Shown one piece after another: positions 46,196 through 55,869 of a stretch of 58,465 nucleotides of DNA (position 1 is the first letter of the stretch; each line of letters opens with the position of its first letter). The DNA is from Minisyncoccia bacterium (GTDB lineage: Bacteria; Patescibacteriota; Minisyncoccia; Phycocordibacterales; PALSA-1337). The stretch is from positions 1 to 58,465 of the forward strand of contig JBEKVT010000003.1 of NCBI GenBank assembly GCA_049997795.1, read 5' to 3'. The position numbers were made by a program, and so were the translations under genes. The notes beneath the pieces were generated by a model. That model made no database searches, had not been told where the DNA came from, and worked only from the letters and a program-made list of their open reading frames with translations.

Positions 46196-47332
46196 ATGGA
46201 CATGATCTTCATCATAACCCTCTCCTGCCTCATCCTCGCTCTCCTCCTCGTCGTCTGGGTCACTTTCTTCGGGCGCGGCGGCCGGGGGATGCGGCGCCGC
46301 CTGTACAGCCTGACCCGTCACGCTGACAATCCGCTCATCTCCCCCTCGACGCAAAGAGAGTGGGAATCGCAAGGGACTTTCAACCCAGGGGCGGTCAAGG
46401 ATGACGAAGGCCGCGTGCACCTCTTCTATCGCGCCATCGGCCGCGACGGCCTGTCGCGCATTGGCCACGCCGTCTCCAGAGACGGGCGCGGGATCGAGAG
46501 CCGTTCTCCTTACCCGGTCTATGAGCCGGTGAAGGGCTACGGCATGCCCGAACCGGACATGGCGAAAGGGCCCCATCGTTATGACCTTTCCGCATACGCT
46601 TCCGGCGGCGGCTGGGGCGGTGCCGAAGACCCGCGGACAGTGGCGATCGACGACCGCGTCTATATGACGTACACGGCCTTCGAGGGCTGGGAAAGCGTCA
46701 GGATCGCCGTCACCTCTATCTCCATGGAAGACATGAAGAAGGGCCGCTGGCGATGGAGAAGGCCTGTCCTGATCTCGCCGCCGCCGCCTCAGCCGAGGGC
46801 CAAGAATTGGGTGCTCTTCCCTGAGAGGATAAACGGCAAATACGCCATCCTGCACGGTATCGCCCCGAAGATCTTGATCGCTTACGTGGACAGCCCGGAG
46901 ATGCCGCCCCGGATCGACAGCCTGCCGGAGCACGGCGGCGGCGGCTATCGCGACAGGAGCCGGGAAGGCCGCTGGGACAATTGGGTCCGGGGCGCCGGCG
47001 CTCCGCCTATAAAGACCGACAAGGGCTGGCTCCTCCTCTATCACGCCCTGGATAAGCGGGATTCCAGGCACGTCATCGGCTACAAGGTCGGGGCCATGAT
47101 CCTCGACCTCAAGGATCCGACCAAGGTCCTGTACCGCTCGCCGGAACCGATCCTTTCGCCGGATATGTCCTATGAGAACGACGGCAAGCCCGGCGTGGTC
47201 TACGCTTCGGGCGCCGTAGTCAAGGACGGCAAGCTCCTCGTCTATTACGGCGGCGGCGACAAGCACACCTGCGTGGCCGAGACTCCCCTGAAGTCGCTCC
47301 TCGATTGGATGGTGAAGTACGGCAAGAGATGA
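46196..47332 (+). CDS. membrane-anchored GH130-family glycosidase/phosphorylase-like protein
   Basis: 378 aa. N-terminal TM helix. NPLISP...WES.GTFNPGAV, EDPR, and YYGGGD near the C-terminus are typical of the GH130/DUF377 5-bladed propeller. Confidence 0.8.
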   Translation: MDMIFIITLSCLILALLLVVWVTFFGRGGRGMRRRLYSLTRHADNPLISPSTQREWESQGTFNPGAVKDDEGRVHLFYRAIGRDGLSRIGHAVSRDGRGIESRSPYPVYEPVKGYGMPEPDMAKGPHRYDLSAYASGGGWGGAEDPRTVAIDDRVYMTYTAFEGWESVRIAVTSISMEDMKKGRWRWRRPVLISPPPPQPRAKNWVLFPERINGKYAILHGIAPKILIAYVDSPEMPPRIDSLPEHGGGGYRDRSREGRWDNWVRGAGAPPIKTDKGWLLLYHALDKRDSRHVIGYKVGAMILDLKDPTKVLYRSPEPILSPDMSYENDGKPGVVYASGAVVKDGKLLVYYGGGDKHTCVAETPLKSLLDWMVKYGKR

Positions 47333-47403
47333 CGGCGGAATGGACAGAGAACTGATAGGGCGGGGCGAGCGGCGGCTCGCCCGGCCCGTGCTACAATATT
47401 CCC

Positions 47404-49344
47404 ATGTTCACCGTCACCCGTTCCGAGAATAATCCGCTCATATCGCCGGTCAAACATCGCCCTTGGGAAGCGACGGCCACATTCAACGGCTGCCCCGTCG
47501 TCTCGGGCCTGAAGACCCACATGATCTACCGGGCCATGTCAGAACCGGATCTCCTGAGAGAGCCGCACCTCCCGACTTCGGTCGTGGCCTGCGCCACTTC
47601 GACCGACGGCGTCCGCTACGAGGATCGCCGCGTCCTCGTCTCACCCGATCGTGAATTCGACCTTTACGGCTGCGAGGACCCGCGGGTGACTAAGATCGGC
47701 GGCATGTACTACATCTTCTACACGGCCTTGGGCGGCTACCCCTTCACGGCCGACAACATCAAAGTGGCGGTAGCCCTGTCCAAGGATCTGAAGACGATCG
47801 AGGAGAAGCACCTCGTCACGCCTTTTAACGCCAAGGCTATGGCCTTGTTCCCGGAGAAGATCGGCGGCAAGATGGCCGCCCTTCTCACCATAAACACGGA
47901 CCGCAAGCCGTCGGACATCTGCTACGCCGAATTCGATTCGCCGGAAGAGATGTGGTCGGCGGCCTATTGGGAAGAGTGGCAGGAGGACGTGGAAGCCCAT
48001 AAGCTGCACATCAGGCGTCAGCCGGACGATCATCTGGAGCTGGGCGCGCCGCCCGTCGAGACCGACCAAGGCTGGCTCGTGGTGTACTCGCACATCCAGC
48101 GCTACGGCAAAGGGGACCAAGTCTTCGGCATCGAGGCCATCCTCTTGGATCACGACAACCCGCGGCTCATCGTCGGCCGGACCAAGGGCCCGTTCATGGT
48201 GCCTGAAGCCTATTATGAGGAGGTCGGGATGGTGCCGCACACCATATTCCCTTCCGGAGCCCTCGTCCGCGGCAAGCACTTGGCGGCCACCGGCGATCTC
48301 GTCCGCGGCAGGCGCCTGGAGATATATTACGGCGCCACCGATACTCATGTCGCCATGGCTTCCATCCCCCTGGATAACCTGCTCCGGAGCATCACCGGGG
48401 CCGAGAACAAGCATTTCAACAGGTTCCCCGGGAATCCCATCATCACTCCGAGGCCCGGCGTGCTCTGGGAATCGCGCGGCACCATCAATCCGGCCGCCAT
48501 ATACCTCGACGGCAAGACCCACATCCTGTATCGGGCCGTGGCCGACGGCAACGTCTCCACTCTGGGCTACGCCGCTTCGAGCGACGGCCTCGGCATCGAC
48601 TTCCTGGAGGACAAGCCGGCTTATTCTCCGCGGGCGCCTTTCGAGACGCGCTCCGACGGCAACAAGACGAATTACGGCTGCGAAGACCCGCGCCTGGTCA
48701 GGATAGGCGACCGGATCTACATGACCTACACCGCCTATGACGGCTCGACCCCTCGGGTGGCGGTCTCCAATATTGGCGTCGACGACTTCACGGCCCGCAA
48801 ATGGAGCGCCTGGTCGCCGCCCGAGGCCATCACTCCGCCGGGCGTCCCGGACAAGGACGCCGCCATCCTGCCAGAACCGGTGAGGGGCGGCTATCTCGTC
48901 TTCCACCGAGTCCACGACAGCGTCTGCGGCGACCTCATCGGCTCGCTCGACTTCGACGAGGAGCGCATCACCCAATGCATCGAAATCATCGGCCCGCGCC
49001 GCGGCATGTGGGATGGCGGCAAGGTCGGCATCTCGGCCCCGCCCATAAAGACCGAGAAGGGCTGGCTCCTCCTATATCACGGCGTGTCCTGGAGCACCAC
49101 TTACAGGGTCGGGGCCGTCCTCCTCGACCTTACGGACCCGACGACGGTCCTGGCCCGGACGGCCATCCCCTTGTTCGAGCCCGAGGAAGAATACGAGCGC
49201 AAGGGAGTGACGTCGAACGTGGTCTTCCCCTGCGGCCTGGTCTCGAAGGGCGGGATGGTTTACATGTATTACGGCGGCGCCGACAGCGTGGTCGGGGTCG
49301 CCACCATCAAGCTGTCGGTGCTCCTCACCATGCTCGAAACATGA
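47404..49344 (+). CDS. tandem double GH130-family domain protein
   Basis: 646 aa. Two full copies of the pattern: NPLISP..WEATATFN ... CEDPRV ... IYYGATD, and GNPIITP..WESRGTINPAA ... CEDPRL ... MYYGGAD. Confidence 0.8.
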   Translation: MFTVTRSENNPLISPVKHRPWEATATFNGCPVVSGLKTHMIYRAMSEPDLLREPHLPTSVVACATSTDGVRYEDRRVLVSPDREFDLYGCEDPRVTKIGGMYYIFYTALGGYPFTADNIKVAVALSKDLKTIEEKHLVTPFNAKAMALFPEKIGGKMAALLTINTDRKPSDICYAEFDSPEEMWSAAYWEEWQEDVEAHKLHIRRQPDDHLELGAPPVETDQGWLVVYSHIQRYGKGDQVFGIEAILLDHDNPRLIVGRTKGPFMVPEAYYEEVGMVPHTIFPSGALVRGKHLAATGDLVRGRRLEIYYGATDTHVAMASIPLDNLLRSITGAENKHFNRFPGNPIITPRPGVLWESRGTINPAAIYLDGKTHILYRAVADGNVSTLGYAASSDGLGIDFLEDKPAYSPRAPFETRSDGNKTNYGCEDPRLVRIGDRIYMTYTAYDGSTPRVAVSNIGVDDFTARKWSAWSPPEAITPPGVPDKDAAILPEPVRGGYLVFHRVHDSVCGDLIGSLDFDEERITQCIEIIGPRRGMWDGGKVGISAPPIKTEKGWLLLYHGVSWSTTYRVGAVLLDLTDPTTVLARTAIPLFEPEEEYERKGVTSNVVFPCGLVSKGGMVYMYYGGADSVVGVATIKLSVLLTMLET

Positions 49345-50108
49345 CCCTGGACGGGAAAGAACTCGTGGTCTTCGACCTCGACGGCACGCTCTCGCCGAGC
49401 AAGTTCCCCATGGAGCCGGACATGGCCCCGCTCATCGTCCGGCTCCTCGAGAAGAAGAAGGTCGCTGTCATCTCGGGGAGCGGCTATCCGATGTTCGAGA
49501 CCAATTTCCTGAACATCATGCCGCCGTCCTCCGAGAACTTCAGGAACCTGGTCCTTTTGCCGACTTCCGGCACCAGGCTCCTCACCTGGAGAGGCAACTG
49601 GTGCGAAGAATACGCCGAACATCTCTCCCTCGAGGCCAAAGGCAAGATCATGAACGCCTTGAATTACGCCCTCAAATCGACCGGATACGAGCGGCCGCAA
49701 AAGGTATACGGGGCGATCATCGAGGACCGCGGCTCGCAGATCACCTTCTCGGCCAACGGCCAGAACGCGCCCTTAGAGGTGAAGACCACCTGGGACCCGA
49801 CCCGGGAGAAGCGCGAGAAGATCGCGGCCGTCCTCCGGGACAAGCTGCCGGAGTTCGACATCCGGATAGGCGGCATGAATTCGATAGACGTGACCCCCCG
49901 CGGCGTCAACAAGGCCTACGGCATCCGGAAGCTCGAGGAATATTTCCATCTTCCCATTGAAAAGATCGTCTTCGTCGGGGACAAGCTCATGTACGGCGGC
50001 AACGATTATCCGGCCAAGACGACCGGGGTGGACTGCATAGAGGTCTCCGGACCGGAAGAGACGAAGGAGCTCATCCGGAGCTGGCTCGGATACATCGAAT
50101 ACCAATAG
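49341..50108 (+). CDS. HAD-IIB family hydrolase (phosphomannomutase/sugar-phosphatase-like)
   Basis: Start ATG at 49341 overlaps the upstream stop (ATGA). Motifs FDLDGTL, ISGSG, and VGDKLMYGGNDYP (the GDxxxxxND motif). Confidence 0.8.
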   Translation: MTLDGKELVVFDLDGTLSPSKFPMEPDMAPLIVRLLEKKKVAVISGSGYPMFETNFLNIMPPSSENFRNLVLLPTSGTRLLTWRGNWCEEYAEHLSLEAKGKIMNALNYALKSTGYERPQKVYGAIIEDRGSQITFSANGQNAPLEVKTTWDPTREKREKIAAVLRDKLPEFDIRIGGMNSIDVTPRGVNKAYGIRKLEEYFHLPIEKIVFVGDKLMYGGNDYPAKTTGVDCIEVSGPEETKELIRSWLGYIEYQ

Positions 50109-50115
50109 GCTGAAG

Positions 50116-51159
50116 TCATCCGCCGGCTGAAAGCATCGTCGAAACCCTGTCGATGAGAAGGCTTGTGTCGCGCGCCCGCTCCCCGTAAGAGCGCAGGATG
50201 ATGATGGCGATCGGGTGGCCGGCGATGTTCATAATGGTGAGCATGGTATCCAAAGCGGCGACGGTATGCCCGGTCTTGCCTCCCAGGAACCGCTTGTCAT
50301 TCACGAACGGGTGGATGTTCACGAATTCGTGGGCGTTGTGGGAAGTGGTCGTCGCCACGGAGGCGCGGACAGTGCGCGTTATCGCCAAGATATCCGGCCT
50401 GTCGAGGTAAAGATAGCGCGCCAGGGCGAAGAAATCGACGGCCGTGCCGGCGTTCCGATCGGACAGGCCGGTCGGATCGGCGAAGAACGCGTGGGGCATG
50501 CCGATCTCCCAGGCGTAGCTCGACATCGCTTCGAGGAAGTCTATGCGGCCGGTTGAGGAGGCCAAGGCCTCGGCGGCTACATTCGACGAATCCATGAGCA
50601 ACGGGTATAGAAGCTCCGATACCGTGAAGCTCTCGCCGGCTTTGAGATTGCTCCCGTCCGGCGGCACCTGCGTCTCCGGAGCGGTGATCTCTATGGTGGT
50701 GGTCGGAGAATATCTGTCGGTAGCCGCGATGGCGGTTATGAGCTTGGACATGGAAGCGACCGGCAGGACCATGTCGCCGTTCTTCTCGAGATAGATCTTG
50801 CCGGTTTGGACGTCGCCGACCAGGTAAGCTTCGGCGGTCACGGCGTCGGCCTGATTCACTGGCGCGACCATCGGCACGGCCATGGTCGAGGCCGCGACGG
50901 GGGTCGCTCCCGTCGTTGCCGCGGCCGGAGGTTCGGTCTTTCCGGACGGCAAGGAAGCGGCCGTCCTTCGATTCGCCGACGGGAAGAACGAGCTGTCGAT
51001 CGCGGGTGGTTCGAACGAGCCGGAAAGAGCCCGGGACGAAGAGGCCGCGAACGGCGGCACGGGCGACCCGAACAGCTCGACCATCCGGAGCCCCAGGGCC
51101 ACGACGACGAAGATGAGGCATGCCAGGGCGAAGGCGGCTACGCTCCTTTGGTTTAACAT
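50116..51159 (-). CDS. D-alanyl-D-alanine carboxypeptidase (S11 low-MW PBP)
   Basis: 347 aa. TM anchor and A/P/S-rich linker. Motifs ASMSKL (SxxK), DSSN (SxN) and KTGHT (KTG). Confidence 0.88.
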   Translation of the reverse strand: MLNQRSVAAFALACLIFVVVALGLRMVELFGSPVPPFAASSSRALSGSFEPPAIDSSFFPSANRRTAASLPSGKTEPPAAATTGATPVAASTMAVPMVAPVNQADAVTAEAYLVGDVQTGKIYLEKNGDMVLPVASMSKLITAIAATDRYSPTTTIEITAPETQVPPDGSNLKAGESFTVSELLYPLLMDSSNVAAEALASSTGRIDFLEAMSSYAWEIGMPHAFFADPTGLSDRNAGTAVDFFALARYLYLDRPDILAITRTVRASVATTTSHNAHEFVNIHPFVNDKRFLGGKTGHTVAALDTMLTIMNIAGHPIAIIILRSYGERARDTSLLIDRVSTMLSAGG

Positions 51160-51181
51160 CGTCCCGATACTTTATCACGAG

Positions 51182-51652
51182 TCAGCGCGTCACGGAAATC
51201 GTCGGCATGAGCTCGCCCGTCGAAGAGGCCGTGATCCGGCCGTTCCCCTCCTGGAAGACCTCATAGCCCGTGTCGTAATCGGTGGTGCTCGCGTAGTGGG
51301 CGCCCGGTATCCCTGGATCGAACGGCAGGGCGGAGAGGTAGTCCGTGACCAGGCAAGAAGCGATGTCGCCTTGGTACGCCGGGAATCCGCCGCCGTACTT
51401 TACGACGGAAGGGCTCGAGGGCAGCGTCCTTATGGTGCCGTTGCAGACGAACGAGCCGCGGTGTTCGGAGATGTTCTGGTGGATGGCGTTCAAAAGGGCG
51501 TTGACATTGGCCGTCCTTTGCGAATCTCGGGCCAGTTTGAACTGTCTGGCCGGATTGACGGCCACCAGGACGACGGCCGCCAAGATGGCGATGATACCGA
51601 TGACGACCAGGACTTCTATAAGAGTGAACCCTTTGTTGCAGTCGATATTCAT
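51182..51652 (-). CDS. type IV pilin-like protein (prepilin-type N-terminal cleavage/methylation domain)
   Basis: 156 aa. Class III signal MNIDCNKG|FTLIEVLVVIGIIAILAAV. Confidence 0.9.
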   Translation of the reverse strand: MNIDCNKGFTLIEVLVVIGIIAILAAVVLVAVNPARQFKLARDSQRTANVNALLNAIHQNISEHRGSFVCNGTIRTLPSSPSVVKYGGGFPAYQGDIASCLVTDYLSALPFDPGIPGAHYASTTDYDTGYEVFQEGNGRITASSTGELMPTISVTR

Positions 51653-51663
51653 GTAGTCGGAGA

Positions 51664-51930
51664 TTATATTGATAACGGGATCGTGCAGCCGAATTCCGGG
51701 AAATCCGCGATGCCGGCAGCGAACGCGTCTTTGGCCTTCAAGAGAGCCGCAGAATCTAGACAGGCTTTCTCGTTAAGAGCGGCCTGGATCCGCATCTCGC
51801 GCCGGAAGACGGCGTCGGCATAGAAAACGGACGAGCCGAGGGCCGCAAGAGACATCGCCAATACGCCGGCGGCCATGACTATGACGGCGATCGAGGCTCC
51901 GAGGCCCCGGTTACGCTTGTTCGGCTTCAT
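51664..51930 (-). CDS. hypothetical small membrane protein in the pilus locus
   Basis: 88 aa. Basic N-terminus followed by a hydrophobic helix. No canonical G|FTLxE motif. Confidence 0.45.
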   Translation of the reverse strand: MKPNKRNRGLGASIAVIVMAAGVLAMSLAALGSSVFYADAVFRREMRIQAALNEKACLDSAALLKAKDAFAAGIADFPEFGCTIPLSI

Positions 51931-52114
51931 TCACGAGATCGAGCAGACGTAGATCCTGCTCGCTTATCGAATAAGCATAGGGAATGAAGGCGGCGAGAAG
52001 AGATGATAGCAGGGCGATATATATGACCGTCTCGATGAGGGTGAAGCCGCGCTTATGACCTTCGGCTGTTGAATGTGATCTCATATATGACTGGGGCCGT
52101 GTGGGCCAATACAT
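51911..52114 (-). CDS. minor pseudopilin (prepilin-type N-terminal domain)
   Basis: Contains KRG|FTLIETVIYIALL. The start may be the internal ATG (MRSHSTAEG, 52084). Confidence 0.7.
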   Translation of the reverse strand: MYWPTRPQSYMRSHSTAEGHKRGFTLIETVIYIALLSSLLAAFIPYAYSISEQDLRLLDLVNEAEQA

Positions 52115-53510
52115 AGAGCTTGTCCCGGTCGCAAGTCATGGCTTGCGGAGCGACCGGCAACGGATAATAAGCGGCTGTGGTCGTAGACAGGGAGCGGTCG
52201 AAGACGGCGAGCTCTTCGTCGACGGTGCGGGTGGCCGCAAAGACGCGGCCACGATCGGCGACGATGCCGTAGATGCCGCCGGGGATGTCGAGCGATGACG
52301 AAGCCTTGGATGCTTCCGGAGACATCGAGAAGAGTTCATGGTCGGCCTGGATATCGAATCCTCCGGACGTGCGCCCGAAATAGAGCGAGTCCTCAAAATA
52401 AGAGGCGGACTTCCCTTCCTGGCGCTCGTAGCCTGACGGGCTGAATGAGGCGAGCAGCGCTGGGTGCACCTTGTCGCGTACGTCAACGGCGCGCAACTGG
52501 TCCTGGTCCGACGCCGCGACATACGCCGTGCCGTTCCGGACGAAGATGTCGTTCACCTTGCTGCCGGTCTCAAGGCCGCCGATCGCCGCTGGTTGCTCAG
52601 GATAGGAGACATCGATGACCTCAAGCTCGTTCCCGTCCCATTTCTCGGTGCCGAGATAGACGGTCCCGCGATCGTAGAAGATGGAGCTTGCTACAGGCAT
52701 GACGGAGCTCGCCTCGGGCGGCGGCAACTCCCATTTCTTGGCCAAGACCGGGGAATTCAGGGAGTCCAAGCGGATGACGTGCAGCTCCGCCGCGGCGCTT
52801 GCCGCCGCCGCAAACACGTACTTCCCGTCCAGGGCTATGGCAGCTATGCCGGGACCGGTGTTGATCGATGACAATACCGAGGGATGTTTCGGATCGGATA
52901 TATCGGCGATGACCATGTCCGGGTCGGAAGCTTTCGAAGAGTCGGCAGAGACGTAAGCGATGCCGCTTCTCACTTCTATGTCAGTGAGCGGCAAAAGAGG
53001 ATCGATCGGCAGGGTGATGGGTGTGATCATGGCGGGACGTGCCGGTCGTTGCGGGGATATGGATGCATACGAGCCGACGGGAGCATCGATGAGAAAATCG
53101 GCAGAACACAGCGGCGTCCCGGCGGCATCCGCCATGGCGGCGAACGGATAGGCCCTGACGGCGGCGAAAGCGATAGATTGCCCGGAGGATGACGCGGTTA
53201 TGTCAGTTTCGACGCGGTCATCGCCATACCATCTCGCCTCGGCTTCTATCGTCACGACGTCCGTCGTTGAGGCGACAGGGTATGAGCGTACAATCGATCC
53301 GTCCGGCAAAAGACCGCTGAAGTCTGCCGCATGCTCTTCATAGGCGTCAAGGATGGAAGACCGGACGCGGGCTCTGTCGAACGTGGCCTGCGCCTCGAGC
53401 GATGCGGCCGTCATGACGGAAGCGAGAGCCGCAACCAGGCCCAAGGCTAAAACGACGTCTAGGAGGATCATGCCGCCTCGGTCAGCGCTGGAGCGTCTTC
53501 GATATGTCAT
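52053..53510 (-). CDS. LVIVD-repeat-like beta-propeller protein with a prepilin-like N-terminus
   Basis: 485 aa. N-terminus MTYRRRSSADRGG|MILLDVVLALGLV resembles a class III signal with D in place of E+5. Repeats of the form V.V.D.S.P..P....S.......G.A..V...G..A.VA. Confidence 0.65.
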   Translation of the reverse strand: MTYRRRSSADRGGMILLDVVLALGLVAALASVMTAASLEAQATFDRARVRSSILDAYEEHAADFSGLLPDGSIVRSYPVASTTDVVTIEAEARWYGDDRVETDITASSSGQSIAFAAVRAYPFAAMADAAGTPLCSADFLIDAPVGSYASISPQRPARPAMITPITLPIDPLLPLTDIEVRSGIAYVSADSSKASDPDMVIADISDPKHPSVLSSINTGPGIAAIALDGKYVFAAAASAAAELHVIRLDSLNSPVLAKKWELPPPEASSVMPVASSIFYDRGTVYLGTEKWDGNELEVIDVSYPEQPAAIGGLETGSKVNDIFVRNGTAYVAASDQDQLRAVDVRDKVHPALLASFSPSGYERQEGKSASYFEDSLYFGRTSGGFDIQADHELFSMSPEASKASSSLDIPGGIYGIVADRGRVFAATRTVDEELAVFDRSLSTTTAAYYPLPVAPQAMTCDRDKLYVLAHTAPVIYEITFNSRRS

Positions 53511-54540
53511 AGATCGGCATCATGATGGATAAGGCGATCGAACCGACGATCGAGCCCACGCCGATCATCATGACCGGCTCGATCAAGGCTGTCAGGCGCT
53601 TCAAGCCGTGGTCGAGCTCTCGGTCGAGGAGATAAGCCGTGCGCAAGAGAGAGCGTCCCAGATTGCCGGAAGCTTCGCCCGCGGCGACCAAGGGCGCCAC
53701 ATAAGGAGGGACATTCTCCTTGAAGACCTCATGTATGGGTCCTCCGCGCATGATGGTCCTCGTCTTCTCTTCGAACGAGCGTCGAAGCGGGATGAGCCCG
53801 ATCGACGACGCGGCTTTCCCGTATGCGGCGCCGGAAGGCATGCCCGATTCCACCAGCGCCCCGAACGATTGGAAGAACAGAGCCAGAGCATAGCGGCTCA
53901 TGATGCCGCCGACTACGGGTACATGGATAGCGCAAAGATGCGTCAAGGCACGGACCGTGCGGTTCCTCCGGTAAGCTGCGACGAAGAGGGCCGGCAGGAG
54001 GATCGATACCGCCGCGAGATACGGCCAATAAGACATGAGCGCCCGAGACATAGCCATTACGATCTTAGTGACCATCGGCAGATCCCTGTGCAGGCCCGCA
54101 AGAAGAGGGATTATCTGCGGCATGATCACGAGTATCAGGCCGAGGGCGAGCGATACGGCCGCCAGACCGATGACCGAAGGATAAGTCATGGCGGACAGGC
54201 ACTTCTTTATGATCTCGTCTTCTCTTTCGAGGAGGGCGTGGCCTATCTTCAAGGTCTCAGCCAGGTTGCCAGACGATTCGCCGCAGGCGATGAGCCCGAC
54301 CACGGCCGGTGGCAACCTGACCTCGGAAGCAAGGACCGTCGATAGGGCCTGGCCGGATTCGACTGCTTGCCGCACCTTGTCCAAAGATTCCCGCTGCCTC
54401 TTCGGCGAAGCCTCTCCGGCCAGAGAGAGCGAGCAGGCTATCGGCAGGCCGGAGGAGATATACATCTCCAGCCGTTCGAGGAGCGCCAGCCTGCCTTTCC
54501 GGTTGAAACATCCCTTGAAACGCATGGGGCTCACGAGCAA
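53482..54540 (-). CDS. pilC: type II secretion / type IV pilus platform protein (GspF/PilC family)
   Basis: 352 aa. Duplicated T2SSF domain pattern with three TM segments, adjacent to the ATPase gene. Confidence 0.88.
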   Translation of the reverse strand: MLVSPMRFKGCFNRKGRLALLERLEMYISSGLPIACSLSLAGEASPKRQRESLDKVRQAVESGQALSTVLASEVRLPPAVVGLIACGESSGNLAETLKIGHALLEREDEIIKKCLSAMTYPSVIGLAAVSLALGLILVIMPQIIPLLAGLHRDLPMVTKIVMAMSRALMSYWPYLAAVSILLPALFVAAYRRNRTVRALTHLCAIHVPVVGGIMSRYALALFFQSFGALVESGMPSGAAYGKAASSIGLIPLRRSFEEKTRTIMRGGPIHEVFKENVPPYVAPLVAAGEASGNLGRSLLRTAYLLDRELDHGLKRLTALIEPVMMIGVGSIVGSIALSIMMPIYDISKTLQR

Positions 54541-55664
54541 AGAGCCCGCAGGACTTCTTCGTCGGTCGTGACGCCCCAGTCGACCTTCTCGACAGCGTCA
54601 TCAGTCATGGGCCGGAAGCCTCGCGAGAGGCAGTGCTCACGCAGGGCCTCGAGCGGTTCGCCTCTGCTGATCCGTTCGCGCAGGCCGGCATCGGCTTCGA
54701 TGGCTTCTGCGATCACCGAACGCCCGTTGAACCCCGCGCCACGGCAGGCAGCGCAGTCTAGGCCGGCCCCGTCACATAGCCGGCAGATGGTCCTCACCAG
54801 GCGCTGGCTGACGACGAGCCTCAAGGTAGCTCCGATAAGGTATCGTTCGACGCCCATGTCTTCTAGGCGCAGGATCGCCTCGAGAGCGGATGTCGTGTGC
54901 AGGGTCGAGAATACCAAGTGGCCGGTCAAGGCCGTGTGTATGGCCGTCCGGGCGGTCTCGCCGTCGCGGATCTCGCCGACCATGATGACGTCCGGATCCT
55001 GGCGCAGGGCCGAGCGCAGGCCGGAAGCGAAGGTGACGCCGTGCGTCTCGCGGATGTGGACGTGCCTCACCCCGGGCACCTCGTACTCGACCGGATCCTC
55101 CAGGGTCATGACGGAGAGCGGCTCGGACGCCTTCAAGCCGAGACAGACCCGCAAAGTGGTCGTCTTGCCGGAACCCGTCGGCCCGGTCACCAGGATGAGG
55201 CCGTTCGGGGCGGCCAGAGCCCGGCTTATCGACGCCACGTGCTCCGGCGTGAAGCCAAGGGCCGCGAACGAGTCTTGGCCGGCGGCTTTGGCCGGAAGAA
55301 GGCGCGCTACGGCGTTCTCGCCGCGGTACGTCGGCATGAATGAGACGCGGACGTTATACACGGCGCCGTCGAATATGGCCTGGAAGCGCCCGTCCTGCGG
55401 CACGGCATGAAGGTCGGTGCGCGCGCCGGAGAGGATCTTCAGGCGGGCGATCGTCTCTTCATGCAGACGCTCCGGTAGGATGCCCGCGGCCTCCAGCTGT
55501 CCGTCTATCCGGAAACGGACGAGAGTGTCGCCGGAACGGGGATCGAGGTGCGCGTCGGAAGCGCCCGCGGCCGCGGCCGATCGGAGCACGAGGTCGACCG
55601 CCTCCACGGCCCCGGCCGGTTCGCCATGGAACAATGTCCCGCTCTCCTGCCGCGTCTCATTCAT
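54531..55664 (-). CDS. pilB: type II/IV secretion ATPase (GspE/PilB family, short)
   Basis: 377 aa. Walker A GPTGSGKTTT, Asp box, Walker B IMVGEIRD, His box, C-terminal Cys cluster CRLCDG...CAACRG. Confidence 0.92.
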   Translation of the reverse strand: MNETRQESGTLFHGEPAGAVEAVDLVLRSAAAAGASDAHLDPRSGDTLVRFRIDGQLEAAGILPERLHEETIARLKILSGARTDLHAVPQDGRFQAIFDGAVYNVRVSFMPTYRGENAVARLLPAKAAGQDSFAALGFTPEHVASISRALAAPNGLILVTGPTGSGKTTTLRVCLGLKASEPLSVMTLEDPVEYEVPGVRHVHIRETHGVTFASGLRSALRQDPDVIMVGEIRDGETARTAIHTALTGHLVFSTLHTTSALEAILRLEDMGVERYLIGATLRLVVSQRLVRTICRLCDGAGLDCAACRGAGFNGRSVIAEAIEADAGLRERISRGEPLEALREHCLSRGFRPMTDDAVEKVDWGVTTDEEVLRALCS

Positions 55665-55869
55665 GGCGGCAGTCTAGCAGCAGACGATTCAAATATCCTT
55701 CAAGAAAAACTCAAATCCGCGTGAATTTTTGTTAAAATCCGCGTGAAGAAAGGTTCAAATCGGACGGGTCTTCACCGGAACTCGTATCAAGTTGACTTAA
55801 TATAGTTTTTTATGCTTTACTTGTGGCATCGAGCCTATCGGCTCTCCGCCGGACGGCGGATTTTCATTC

